Positions 28,334-35,499 of a stretch of 35,499 nucleotides of DNA are shown here, piece by piece (positions within the stretch are counted from its first letter, which is position 1; every line of letters starts with the position of its first letter). Source of the stretch: a virus (lineage: Duplodnaviria; Caudoviricetes); the IMG/VR virus record IMGVR_UViG_3300027956_000026, positions 1-35,499 of that record; one strand, 5' to 3'. A program made the translations under genes and the position numbers. The notes below the pieces were generated by a model that saw nothing but the letters and a program-made list of their open reading frames with translations, ran no database searches and was not told the DNA's origin.

Positions 28334-29980
28334 ATGCCATTTGGTGCCATTCTTGGTTTAGCAGGTGGTCTGCTCGGCGGCAGGTCATCCAAGAAAGCCG
28401 CGCAGACACAGGCCGACGCGCAGACAGACGCAGCGCGTCTAGCAGCAGATGAGGCGCGCTTTCGCCCACTTGGGCTTACAACACGTTTTGGCCGATCTAA
28501 TTTTAGATACGGCCCTGATGGCCGAGTTACTGGTGCCAGCTACACGCTAGACCCGCAACTCAGGGGTATGCAAGATCGCTTCTTGGGTCTGGCAGGTCAA
28601 GGTCTGTCGCAAGCCGAGATGGCCCAGCAGCAGTTCGCGCCGTTGCAAGGCGCGGCGCAGGGTCTGTTTGGCCTTGGTCAGCAGTACCTTGGCCAACCCG
28701 CAGATCAGCGCCTTGGCGGCATTGCAAGCCAGTACTTGGGCGCTCAACCTGACTTCGGCGTGGGCCAGATCGGCCAGCGATTGCTCGGGCAAGGTCAAGA
28801 TCAACAGTTGGTTGACATCGCTCGCCAACAGTTCGGCGCAGTCCCAACGGACATCGGCACAAGGGGCGCTGAGTTTCTTCGTCAGGGGCAAGATCAGCAG
28901 TTGGTTGACATCGCCCGCCAACAGCTTGGCCCGTCGGCAGGCGCTCAGGCGCTCACATCCCTCGGTCAGCAGTACGTGGCGCAGTCACCTCAAGAGGCCG
29001 CGCAGCAGTTCATGTCGCAGCAGCAAAACCTCTTGGCTCCAAGCCGAGAGCGTCAGTTTGCGCAGCTTCAGAACCAATTGTTCCAGACTGGCCGTGGCGG
29101 TCTGTCCGTCGGGGCCACAGGCGAGCGCCCAAGCGGTGCTGCGGGGCTTGGTGCTGCCAGCCCTGAACTGGAGGCGTACTACAACGCTTTGGCCCAGCAA
29201 GACGCTGGTTTGGCAGCGCAGGCGCAACAAGCCGGGCAGCAGCAAACGGCGTTTGGCGCGGGGCTGTTGGGCCAAGGTCAAGCGCTGGGGCAGAGCCAAC
29301 TCGGCTTTGGTGCCGACTTGCTCGCACGGCAACAGGCAGCAGAAGCAGCGCGTGTGGGTCTGGGTGCAGAGCTTACCGCACAGCAGCAAGCGCTCGGCCA
29401 AGGTCAAATCGGCTTCGGCGCGGGGCTGTTGTCGCAACAGCAGGCGCAAGAAGCGCAGCGCTTGGGTCTGGGATCAGCGTTCACAGCGCAGCAGCAAGCC
29501 CTGGAGCAAGGTCGTTTCGGCTTCGGTGCGGACTTGCTTGGCCGTCAGCAAGCTATGGAGCAAGGCCGCACATCTTTCGGTGCGGGTCTGTTCGGCACTG
29601 GTGGCAACCTGCTCACGCAAGGCTACGGCGGTCAGACTGCGGCCTTGGGCCCGTATCAAGCGTACCTGCAAGGTGCAACTGGTCTGGAAGCCCTTGGCCA
29701 AGACCCGTTAAACCTTGGTTCGGCTTTGGGTGGGCGTATAGCCAATCCCGCAGGTGGTCAGGCACTCTTGCAAGGTGGTATGGGCGCGGCGCAAAGCCAG
29801 TTCGCGGCCAACGCCTACAACCCGTTCGCCACGGCGCTGACGGGCTTGAGCCAGAACCCTGCCCTGCGAAATGTGACCGGCAGCGGTTTGCAAGCCGCGT
29901 TTTCACAGACAGCCCTTGGCGGCTCTGGTTTTGGTACCGGTCTAGCGTACGGCAACCAAGACATCGGCGCGTTCATCTAA
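28334..29980 (+). CDS. Probable DNA ejection / internal virion protein
   Basis: GAILGLAGGLLGG N-terminus followed by KKAAQ; Gly/Gln/Ala-rich; located after the tail genes. Confidence 0.7.
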   Translation: MPFGAILGLAGGLLGGRSSKKAAQTQADAQTDAARLAADEARFRPLGLTTRFGRSNFRYGPDGRVTGASYTLDPQLRGMQDRFLGLAGQGLSQAEMAQQQFAPLQGAAQGLFGLGQQYLGQPADQRLGGIASQYLGAQPDFGVGQIGQRLLGQGQDQQLVDIARQQFGAVPTDIGTRGAEFLRQGQDQQLVDIARQQLGPSAGAQALTSLGQQYVAQSPQEAAQQFMSQQQNLLAPSRERQFAQLQNQLFQTGRGGLSVGATGERPSGAAGLGAASPELEAYYNALAQQDAGLAAQAQQAGQQQTAFGAGLLGQGQALGQSQLGFGADLLARQQAAEAARVGLGAELTAQQQALGQGQIGFGAGLLSQQQAQEAQRLGLGSAFTAQQQALEQGRFGFGADLLGRQQAMEQGRTSFGAGLFGTGGNLLTQGYGGQTAALGPYQAYLQGATGLEALGQDPLNLGSALGGRIANPAGGQALLQGGMGAAQSQFAANAYNPFATALTGLSQNPALRNVTGSGLQAAFSQTALGGSGFGTGLAYGNQDIGAFI

Positions 29981-29990
29981 GGAGTAAGAC

Positions 29991-31169
29991 ATGGCAGAGA
30001 TTGTTCAATCCTTGTTCGGCGTTACGCCGCAGATGTACCAACAGCAGCAGCAAGACCGGGCTGACGCTCAGGCGTTGCGCTTTGCGCAGCTCGACCCGTT
30101 CCAGCAAGCGAACTTCGCCATTGGCCGCGGAGCCAACATGCTGGGCGGCGCTATCGGCGGCGCTCTTGGTGGCCAAGACCCTGAGTTGCAGCGCGTCACG
30201 ATGCGCCAGCAGATCGCACGTCAGCTCAACCCTGGCGACCCCGCCTCGATCCAGCAGGCCATTACTGCGCTGTCGCAAGCGGGCGACACTGAAGGCGCGA
30301 TGATGCTGCAAGGTGAGTACCGCAAGCTGCAAGAAAGCGGTGCCCTGATCGGCCAGCGCACGGCTGCTGCGCAGGCGTCATTGGCGCAGGCGGCAGCAGC
30401 GCAGCAAGAGAAGGCCCCTAAGCCTGTCGTGGTGGGCAACGCCCTTGTTGACCCGGTGTCAGGCCGCGAAATCTACAAAGGCCCGGACGCGCAGAAGTAT
30501 TCTGGTTTTGCACAAGAGCTTATCGACGCTGGGCTGACCCCTGGCACAGAGCCTTTCCAGAAGCGTATGCTGGAGTATGTCAGCGGCAAAGCCAAGGGTG
30601 TTGCAAAAGGCACTGGCAACGTCACCATTGGCGGCATCACCGTCGATACAGGCGCGGCGGCTAGGAAAGCTGGCGAAATAGTCGGTACAAACGTAGCCAA
30701 CGTGGAGCAGCAATACGCTTTAGGCACAGCGTTTACAGACGCGCTTAATTTGCTAGACCAAGGCATCTACGGCGGCGCGTACGGACCTGAAAAGCAATTC
30801 GTGGCCAAGTTCGTCGGTATCGGCGACCCTAAAAAAGTCGAGAACACCGAAGTGTTTATGGCCAACATTGGCGAGATCGTTATCCCCCGATTGCAACAAT
30901 TCGGCGGCAACGACTCAAACGAAGAACTGAAGTATCTGCAAAAAGTCGTTGCAGGCGACCAGCGTCTTGAGCCTGCGGCGATGAAACGCATTCTGGCCAG
31001 CGCTGAGAAAAAAGTGCAGAAGAACTTGGCTCGTTTGCAAGCGCAAGCCGCCGCAGGTCAAACTGGCGCTGCGCTGCCAATCGGTCCGATGACGCCCGCT
31101 GCCACGCCTACGCCGACGAGGCGTTACAACCCGCAGACACGCAAAATCGAAGCCATATCTGGAGATTGA
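29991..31169 (+). CDS. Probable DNA ejection / internal virion protein
   Basis: AAGGAG RBS; Gln/Ala-rich helical protein in the ejection-gene position. Confidence 0.65.
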   Translation: MAEIVQSLFGVTPQMYQQQQQDRADAQALRFAQLDPFQQANFAIGRGANMLGGAIGGALGGQDPELQRVTMRQQIARQLNPGDPASIQQAITALSQAGDTEGAMMLQGEYRKLQESGALIGQRTAAAQASLAQAAAAQQEKAPKPVVVGNALVDPVSGREIYKGPDAQKYSGFAQELIDAGLTPGTEPFQKRMLEYVSGKAKGVAKGTGNVTIGGITVDTGAAARKAGEIVGTNVANVEQQYALGTAFTDALNLLDQGIYGGAYGPEKQFVAKFVGIGDPKKVENTEVFMANIGEIVIPRLQQFGGNDSNEELKYLQKVVAGDQRLEPAAMKRILASAEKKVQKNLARLQAQAAAGQTGAALPIGPMTPAATPTPTRRYNPQTRKIEAISGD

Positions 31170-31170
31170 C

Positions 31171-32829
31171 ATGCCCAAATACATCCAAGTAGGCAACGAT
31201 GTTGTTGAGTTCCCTGATGACATGTCGGACGCGCAAATAGCGCAAGCGATCTCAGGAGAGCCTGCGGCTGCGCCCCCATCGTCGGGTTTCTTGATGGGCC
31301 TCAAAGACCCTATCACGGGTGGCGCTCAACTCTTGCCGCGCGCATTGGCGGGCGTAACCAGTTTGGGCGGCATGGCCCCAAACCCTGTCAGCCAGTTTTT
31401 CACCGGCGAAGCCCAACGTGTCGATGAGATGGCGCGGGCAGAAGAGCAGGCATACCAAGCGCAGCGTCAAGCGCAGGGTGGGTCCGGCTTCGATTTTGCG
31501 CGTTTGGCGGGCAACGTCATCAACCCGGCGAGCATAACCCCCGCAGCTAGGGCAGCGCAGTTGGCGCGTGCTAGGGGCTTGGCTCCGGTAGGGCAGGCTG
31601 CGGTTGCAGGTGCTGTTGGTGGTGCGATGCAGCCCGCTACGGGCGAAGGTACTTTTGGCGGTCAAAAGACCGAGCAAGTTGTCCAAGGTGCGGTTGCAGG
31701 GCCTATCGGTGAAAAGGTGGTCGGCGGCGCTGGGCGTGTGCTGAACCCTTTGGTCTCTAAAGCCGAATCTACGATGCGCGAACTGGGTATCCGGCCTACC
31801 ACCGGGCAGACGTTGGGTGGCCAGTTCAAAACGATTGAAGAGTTTGCGCAAAACTTGCCCTTAATTGGATCAAGTATTGAAAACGCTCGCCAGCGGGTGT
31901 TGTTTGATTTCAACAAAGGCGTCATCAACAAGGCGCTCAAAAAAGTCGATGACAAACTACCTGCTGACGTTATCGGCCGCGACGCGGTTGCATACGCATC
32001 TGATCAGGTAGGCGCGCAATACGACGATGTGCTGTCGAAAATGTCTTTTGACTTGGACTTTAAGACGACTAGCGATATTCTTGGCTCGCTAAGTAAAGCC
32101 AAAGGGTTAGACGCTAATCAACGACAAAAAGTCACCGAGACGTTAAACGACATCGTGTTCGGCAAGTTTGCAGGTCAAAAACTTGACGGCCCTGCGTACA
32201 AAGGCATTGAAAGTGATTTACGTGCGGTGGCGAGTAACTACCTTAACGGCGGGAGCGCGTCCGAGCGTGAAGTAGGCAAAGCCTTGAACGACGTATTGGG
32301 CGTTCTCAAGAAAGAACTTTACTCACAGAATCCAAAGCAGACATCAAAGCTGCGGCGCATTGACAGCGCGTATGGTGATTTGGCTGTGATTAACGTGGCT
32401 GCGGCAAACTCCGGCGCAAGTAGCGGCGTTTTCACCCCGAAACAGTACTCTACTGCGGTGCGTCAGCAAGACGTGACGCGCCGTAAGACAGCCTTTGCAA
32501 AAGGCCGCGCAAAGGGCCAGGAAGTGTCCGATGCGGCGGTTGAAGTGATAGGCGACCCGACCAATGCAACAACTTTAGGCCGTGTTGCGGCTTCTGTTGG
32601 TGGTGGTTTGGGGATGTTTTCGCAACCCCAAGTTGCTATCCCGGCTGCGTTCGCCGTGCCTGCGGCGTATAGCTCCGGTGGGCAGGCCCTCATAGACGCT
32701 ATTTTGCGTTCGCGGCCTGAAATGGCTAAACAGCTTGGCGGCTTGCTTTCGCAAAGCGCGCCAGTGCTTGGTGGCGTTGCAGGGCCTAGCGCCGTGGGGC
32801 AGTACAACCGTTCGGAACGGATGCGCTGA
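31171..32829 (+). CDS. Probable DNA ejection / internal virion protein
   Basis: VEFPDDMSDAQI N-terminus, Gly/Ala-rich segments; last gene of the late operon. Confidence 0.65.
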   Translation: MPKYIQVGNDVVEFPDDMSDAQIAQAISGEPAAAPPSSGFLMGLKDPITGGAQLLPRALAGVTSLGGMAPNPVSQFFTGEAQRVDEMARAEEQAYQAQRQAQGGSGFDFARLAGNVINPASITPAARAAQLARARGLAPVGQAAVAGAVGGAMQPATGEGTFGGQKTEQVVQGAVAGPIGEKVVGGAGRVLNPLVSKAESTMRELGIRPTTGQTLGGQFKTIEEFAQNLPLIGSSIENARQRVLFDFNKGVINKALKKVDDKLPADVIGRDAVAYASDQVGAQYDDVLSKMSFDLDFKTTSDILGSLSKAKGLDANQRQKVTETLNDIVFGKFAGQKLDGPAYKGIESDLRAVASNYLNGGSASEREVGKALNDVLGVLKKELYSQNPKQTSKLRRIDSAYGDLAVINVAAANSGASSGVFTPKQYSTAVRQQDVTRRKTAFAKGRAKGQEVSDAAVEVIGDPTNATTLGRVAASVGGGLGMFSQPQVAIPAAFAVPAAYSSGGQALIDAILRSRPEMAKQLGGLLSQSAPVLGGVAGPSAVGQYNRSERMR

Positions 32830-32835
32830 CCCGCC

Positions 32836-33015
32836 TCACAGCCGCCCCTTAGGCACCTCGTGCTTATTGAGTTGCGGCTTGACGCTGGGCTTGGCTCGGG
32901 AGTAGATGCCGAACAGCTTGTAGTCAGTGCTGACCGCCACGCCCTTGGCCCTGAACGCAGGGTCCAGCAAGAAGATGCTCGGGCGGGGGTCTTTCTTCCA
33001 GTCAAACGGGCTCAT
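32836..33015 (-). CDS. Hypothetical 59-aa protein
   Basis: MSPFDWKKDPRPSIF...; ATGA-coupled; ends 6 nt from the convergent gene. Confidence 0.6.
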   Translation of the reverse strand: MSPFDWKKDPRPSIFLLDPAFRAKGVAVSTDYKLFGIYSRAKPSVKPQLNKHEVPKGRL

Positions 33016-33476
33016 ACAGTCTCCACAATAGGCCGCGCTTTCTTCAGGCGCACGGTTTCAGTTACATCGTTCATCGCCGTCTCCAGCTGCTTGACCGTCA
33101 CGGCCTCCAGTTGGGCGTCGTGAATCTCCATCGCCAGGTTCAGGGCCGTCAGCTCGTCGGCTCGCACGATGAAGCGGCTCTTCAGACCACGGCGAGCGAG
33201 CGTGAGCAGCGCGTCCTGCGCCGCCCGCAGCTCGGGCAGCCAGTCGCTGCCCACACCGCGTCTGGCCAGCGCCTCTGCGATGTTCAACGCGCCGATGATG
33301 ACGTCGATCTCCACCTTGGTGGCGTTGCCCAGCCGCAGCGTGTTCATCGCGTCGTGGTTGCGTATCTTGATCGTGGCGCTGGCGCTGACGTCCTCAACGC
33401 GCATCAGGCTCGACCGCACCCACGCCATGTTGTCCAGGCGCACGCCCTTGGGCTTGTATTTGCTTTGTTTTCTCAC
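33012..33476 (-). CDS. Hypothetical protein
   Basis: Probable GTG start in a GTGA overlap (MRKQSKYKPK); ATG 33491 is an alternative. Confidence 0.75.
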   Translation of the reverse strand: MRKQSKYKPKGVRLDNMAWVRSSLMRVEDVSASATIKIRNHDAMNTLRLGNATKVEIDVIIGALNIAEALARRGVGSDWLPELRAAQDALLTLARRGLKSRFIVRADELTALNLAMEIHDAQLEAVTVKQLETAMNDVTETVRLKKARPIVETV

Positions 33477-33643
33477 GACAGTGACTTCCATTTGCTCTTG
33501 GGCTCGTTGGCCCGCTCGCAGTAAAAGTGGATCAGGAAGTTGAACACCTGCGAGTAGCTCATGATGATGCCCGTATCAGCGGCCAGCCGGTCACGTATCT
33601 TGTCAATATCGTTGCTCACGGGGATGGTGACGCGTTTGGTCAT
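33473..33643 (-). CDS. Small protein, possibly ribbon-helix-helix
   Basis: MTKRVTIPVSNDIDKIRDRLAADTGIIMSYSQVFNFLIHFY; coupled at both ends. Confidence 0.6.
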   Translation of the reverse strand: MTKRVTIPVSNDIDKIRDRLAADTGIIMSYSQVFNFLIHFYCERANEPKSKWKSLS

Positions 33644-33756
33644 GCTTCATCCTTCGTGTTGCTTTTGCGCTCGCGCCAGATTGCGTAGCCGCACATCAAG
33701 CCGTGAAACCAAGCCACGCCGAGCATCAGCCATGTTTCAAAGTCGATCTCTCTCAT
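33640..33756 (-). CDS. 38-aa membrane peptide
   Basis: MREIDFETWLMLGVAWFHGLMCGYAIWRERK...; ATGA-coupled at both ends. Confidence 0.55.
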   Translation of the reverse strand: MREIDFETWLMLGVAWFHGLMCGYAIWRERKSNTKDEA

Positions 33757-34055
33757 GTGTTCCCCCTTGTTCGGATGGCGTTTGCCATTTCAGCCTTAGC
33801 AGTCATGCCAAGCCAGTGTGGATATTCTTCGACAACTTGAGCGCAGGCCTCACGCTCGGCCTCAACAGCCTCACGCATTGCAACACACGCAGCTTTTGTG
33901 CAGGTCGGGCCACATGAATGAACGTCCCACTTGTACTTTTCGTCTTGGTCAGCACGGACGAGGGCAACAAGCTGCTCCAGCCGGTCAAGCGGTGCGCCAG
34001 ACCACTCGGTGTGTGCGCCGTAAACTTCACGGGCAAGTTCTATCGTGTCTCTCAT
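33753..34055 (-). CDS. Hypothetical protein with AEREACA motif
   Basis: AVEAEREACA...AIRTRG motif common in small phage proteins; GGAG RBS. Confidence 0.75.
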   Translation of the reverse strand: MRDTIELAREVYGAHTEWSGAPLDRLEQLVALVRADQDEKYKWDVHSCGPTCTKAACVAMREAVEAEREACAQVVEEYPHWLGMTAKAEMANAIRTRGNT

Positions 34056-34192
34056 TTCTTCTCCGGCAGGATAAGTTCAAGTGTTGTGAACCTGTGCATG
34101 TTGGCGCACAGGTAGCGACGGCGGCGAGTGCCATCAGAGCGCATACGGCTGTCGATGACTTCGGTGTAAGCCCCACAGACAGGGCACTTCAT
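34052..34192 (-). CDS. NrdR-N-terminus-like zinc-ribbon protein
   Basis: MKCPVCG..TEVIDSR......RRRYLCANMHRFTTLE; GGAGG RBS. Confidence 0.75.
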   Translation of the reverse strand: MKCPVCGAYTEVIDSRMRSDGTRRRRYLCANMHRFTTLELILPEKK

Positions 34193-34347
34193 TTGTACCT
34201 CCGCAGCGGCTCAACCTTCTTCTCGGGCGGCGGCGGGGCCATCTTCTCGGACGGTGGGGACCAGCCCCACTTGCGCCATGTGGCCTGAACGTCAGCCCCG
34301 CTGCTCCACTTGAAATCTTTGTTCGGTACTGATGGGTAGACTTTCAT
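34189..34347 (-). CDS. Hypothetical 52-aa protein
   Basis: AAGGAG RBS; DVQATWRKWGWSPPSE. Confidence 0.65.
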   Translation of the reverse strand: MKVYPSVPNKDFKWSSGADVQATWRKWGWSPPSEKMAPPPPEKKVEPLRRYK

Positions 34348-34507
34348 GATTTGCTCCTTCGATTACTAAGTGCCGATAGGCACGGATTGCTGTCTTCAAG
34401 TCCGCTTGCAGACTCTCGATCAGCTCTTCTTGCTCAGACAACCGCTTGGCAGCGTCTTGGGCAAACTTCGCCAGGTTGTGCGCTTCCCACGCCTCAAACC
34501 TGTTCAT
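34292..34507 (-). CDS. Hypothetical coiled-coil protein
   Basis: ATGA-coupled ORF in the leftward operon. Confidence 0.65.
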   Translation of the reverse strand: MNRFEAWEAHNLAKFAQDAAKRLSEQEELIESLQADLKTAIRAYRHLVIEGANHESLPISTEQRFQVEQRG

Positions 34508-34716
34508 GACTTGGTGGCCAGCGCCAGCAGCTCGGCCCTCTCTCTGGCCACGCGCAGCGTGTTGTAGCGCTGGTGCAGGCGCTCGATGATCTTGACGCGG
34601 CGAGGGCCAGCCATCTCAGTGTCCAGCAGCGCCTTGACGTCGGTCTCTGGCAGCAAAGCCAGCACTTCGTTAAGTTTTCGCCATGTGTAGCTCAATTTTC
34701 TTCTCCAGTTGTTCAA
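34504..34716 (-). CDS. Hypothetical protein
   Basis: RLHQRYNTLRVARER motif; exact start uncertain. Confidence 0.65.
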   Translation of the reverse strand: MNNWRRKLSYTWRKLNEVLALLPETDVKALLDTEMAGPRRVKIIERLHQRYNTLRVARERAELLALATKS

Positions 34717-34831
34717 TCAGTTTGGTCGTGCGGTCGTGTGTCCGCTGGGCTGCGTTGAGCTGGCGCGTCTTGTGCCGCAGCTCAGACTTGGCAGCCCGCA
34801 GTTTGGCTTTCCATTGGTCGATTCGTTTCAT
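34670..34831 (-). CDS. Basic coiled-coil protein (53 aa)
   Basis: ATG 34831 in ATGA overlap with the helicase stop. Confidence 0.6.
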   Translation of the reverse strand: MKRIDQWKAKLRAAKSELRHKTRQLNAAQRTHDRTTKLIEQLEKKIELHMAKT

Positions 34832-35499
34832 TTGAGGGCCTCCAAGGCGATTTGAGAAAGGGATAGCTTGTCGTGCAGCGAGCGCCAGATTTTCTGATCG
34901 ACAGTGGCGTCGGTCAGAAATACGTAGCACCACACGTCATGCCGCTGGCCGCTACGATGCAAGCGCCCGATTGTCTGCTCATACAGTTCGAGCGACCAGG
35001 GCAGGGACAAGAAGACGATGTGGTGCCCACCGTGTTGGAGGTTGAGGCCGTGGCCTGCCGACTTGGGGTGGACGGCCAGCAAGGCGACCTCACCTCGGTT
35101 CCAGCGCTCGATAGCACCCTCGTCGTCGAGCGTCGTGAGGTGCTTGAACCGTCGCTTGAGTTCGGCAAGCTCTTCTTGGTACTGGTAAACAAGGAGGGTA
35201 TTCGCATGTTGATTCTCGTCAAGCAGTTCTTCAAGGCGATCAAACTTGTGTGACGACAGCCAGATCGGGCCGTTGTCGGAATACAGGAAACCGGACGACA
35301 TCTGCTGCAACTTCTGCGTGACGACAGCCGCGTTGACCGCCACCACGTCGTCCAGCACAAAGTCCTTCTTCATCTTGTTGTAGTCGGCCATGTCCATCTT
35401 GCAGCTCACCTCTACCGTGTGCAGGGGTGGCAGCTTGTCCTTGTACTCGCCAGGCTCCAAGACGAACGTCGCGGGCTTGATGCGGTGCATGACCAACTC
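34828..35499 (-). CDS. SNF2-like SF2 helicase, C-terminal part (5' end outside the window)
   Basis: KLQQMSSGFLY, HPKSAGHGLNLQ (motif V), YEQTIGRLHRSGQ (motif VI). Confidence 0.92.
   Translation of the reverse strand, partial: ELVMHRIKPATFVLEPGEYKDKLPPLHTVEVSCKMDMADYNKMKKDFVLDDVVAVNAAVVTQKLQQMSSGFLYSDNGPIWLSSHKFDRLEELLDENQHANTLLVYQYQEELAELKRRFKHLTTLDDEGAIERWNRGEVALLAVHPKSAGHGLNLQHGGHHIVFLSLPWSLELYEQTIGRLHRSGQRHDVWCYVFLTDATVDQKIWRSLHDKLSLSQIALEALK

Noticed and set aside
28668-29711. 347-aa same-strand alternative-frame ORF in the ejection gene
   Set aside because: Ser/Arg/Trp-rich composition typical of a shifted Gly/Gln/Ala-rich frame with few stops; no SD or recognisable motif, unlike the nested MTase ORF.

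Overview
A near-complete genome of a tailed dsDNA phage with podovirus-type morphogenesis genes. Both window ends cut genes: a C5 methyltransferase at the left and an SNF2-like helicase at the right, both on the minus strand, so the ends may join through a short missing segment. Layout: (1) leftward MTase, DUF3310 and VRR-NUC genes; (2) a divergent promoter; (3) a rightward replication operon (Cas4-like/DUF2800 nuclease, SSB-like protein, family A DNA polymerase, primase-helicase); (4) a small leftward operon including a Gp88-like Fe-S protein; (5) an iteron-rich putative origin and a putative packaging/terminus region; (6) a long rightward late operon (terminase, portal, collagen fibres, glycosyltransferase, lysis genes, scaffold, capsid, tail, ejection proteins); (7) small leftward genes. 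No integrase, repressor, tRNA or CRISPR array was seen. The most unusual observations are an HNH endonuclease that appears to have captured the first 12 codons of a resident gene and supplied a recoded replacement start, a structured loop-E-containing RNA element upstream of the polymerase, a Gly-Pro-Thr collagen fibre next to a GT2-TPR glycosyltransferase, and a second polypeptide nested in an alternative frame of the methyltransferase. Family assignments come from motif recognition by eye; no searches were run.
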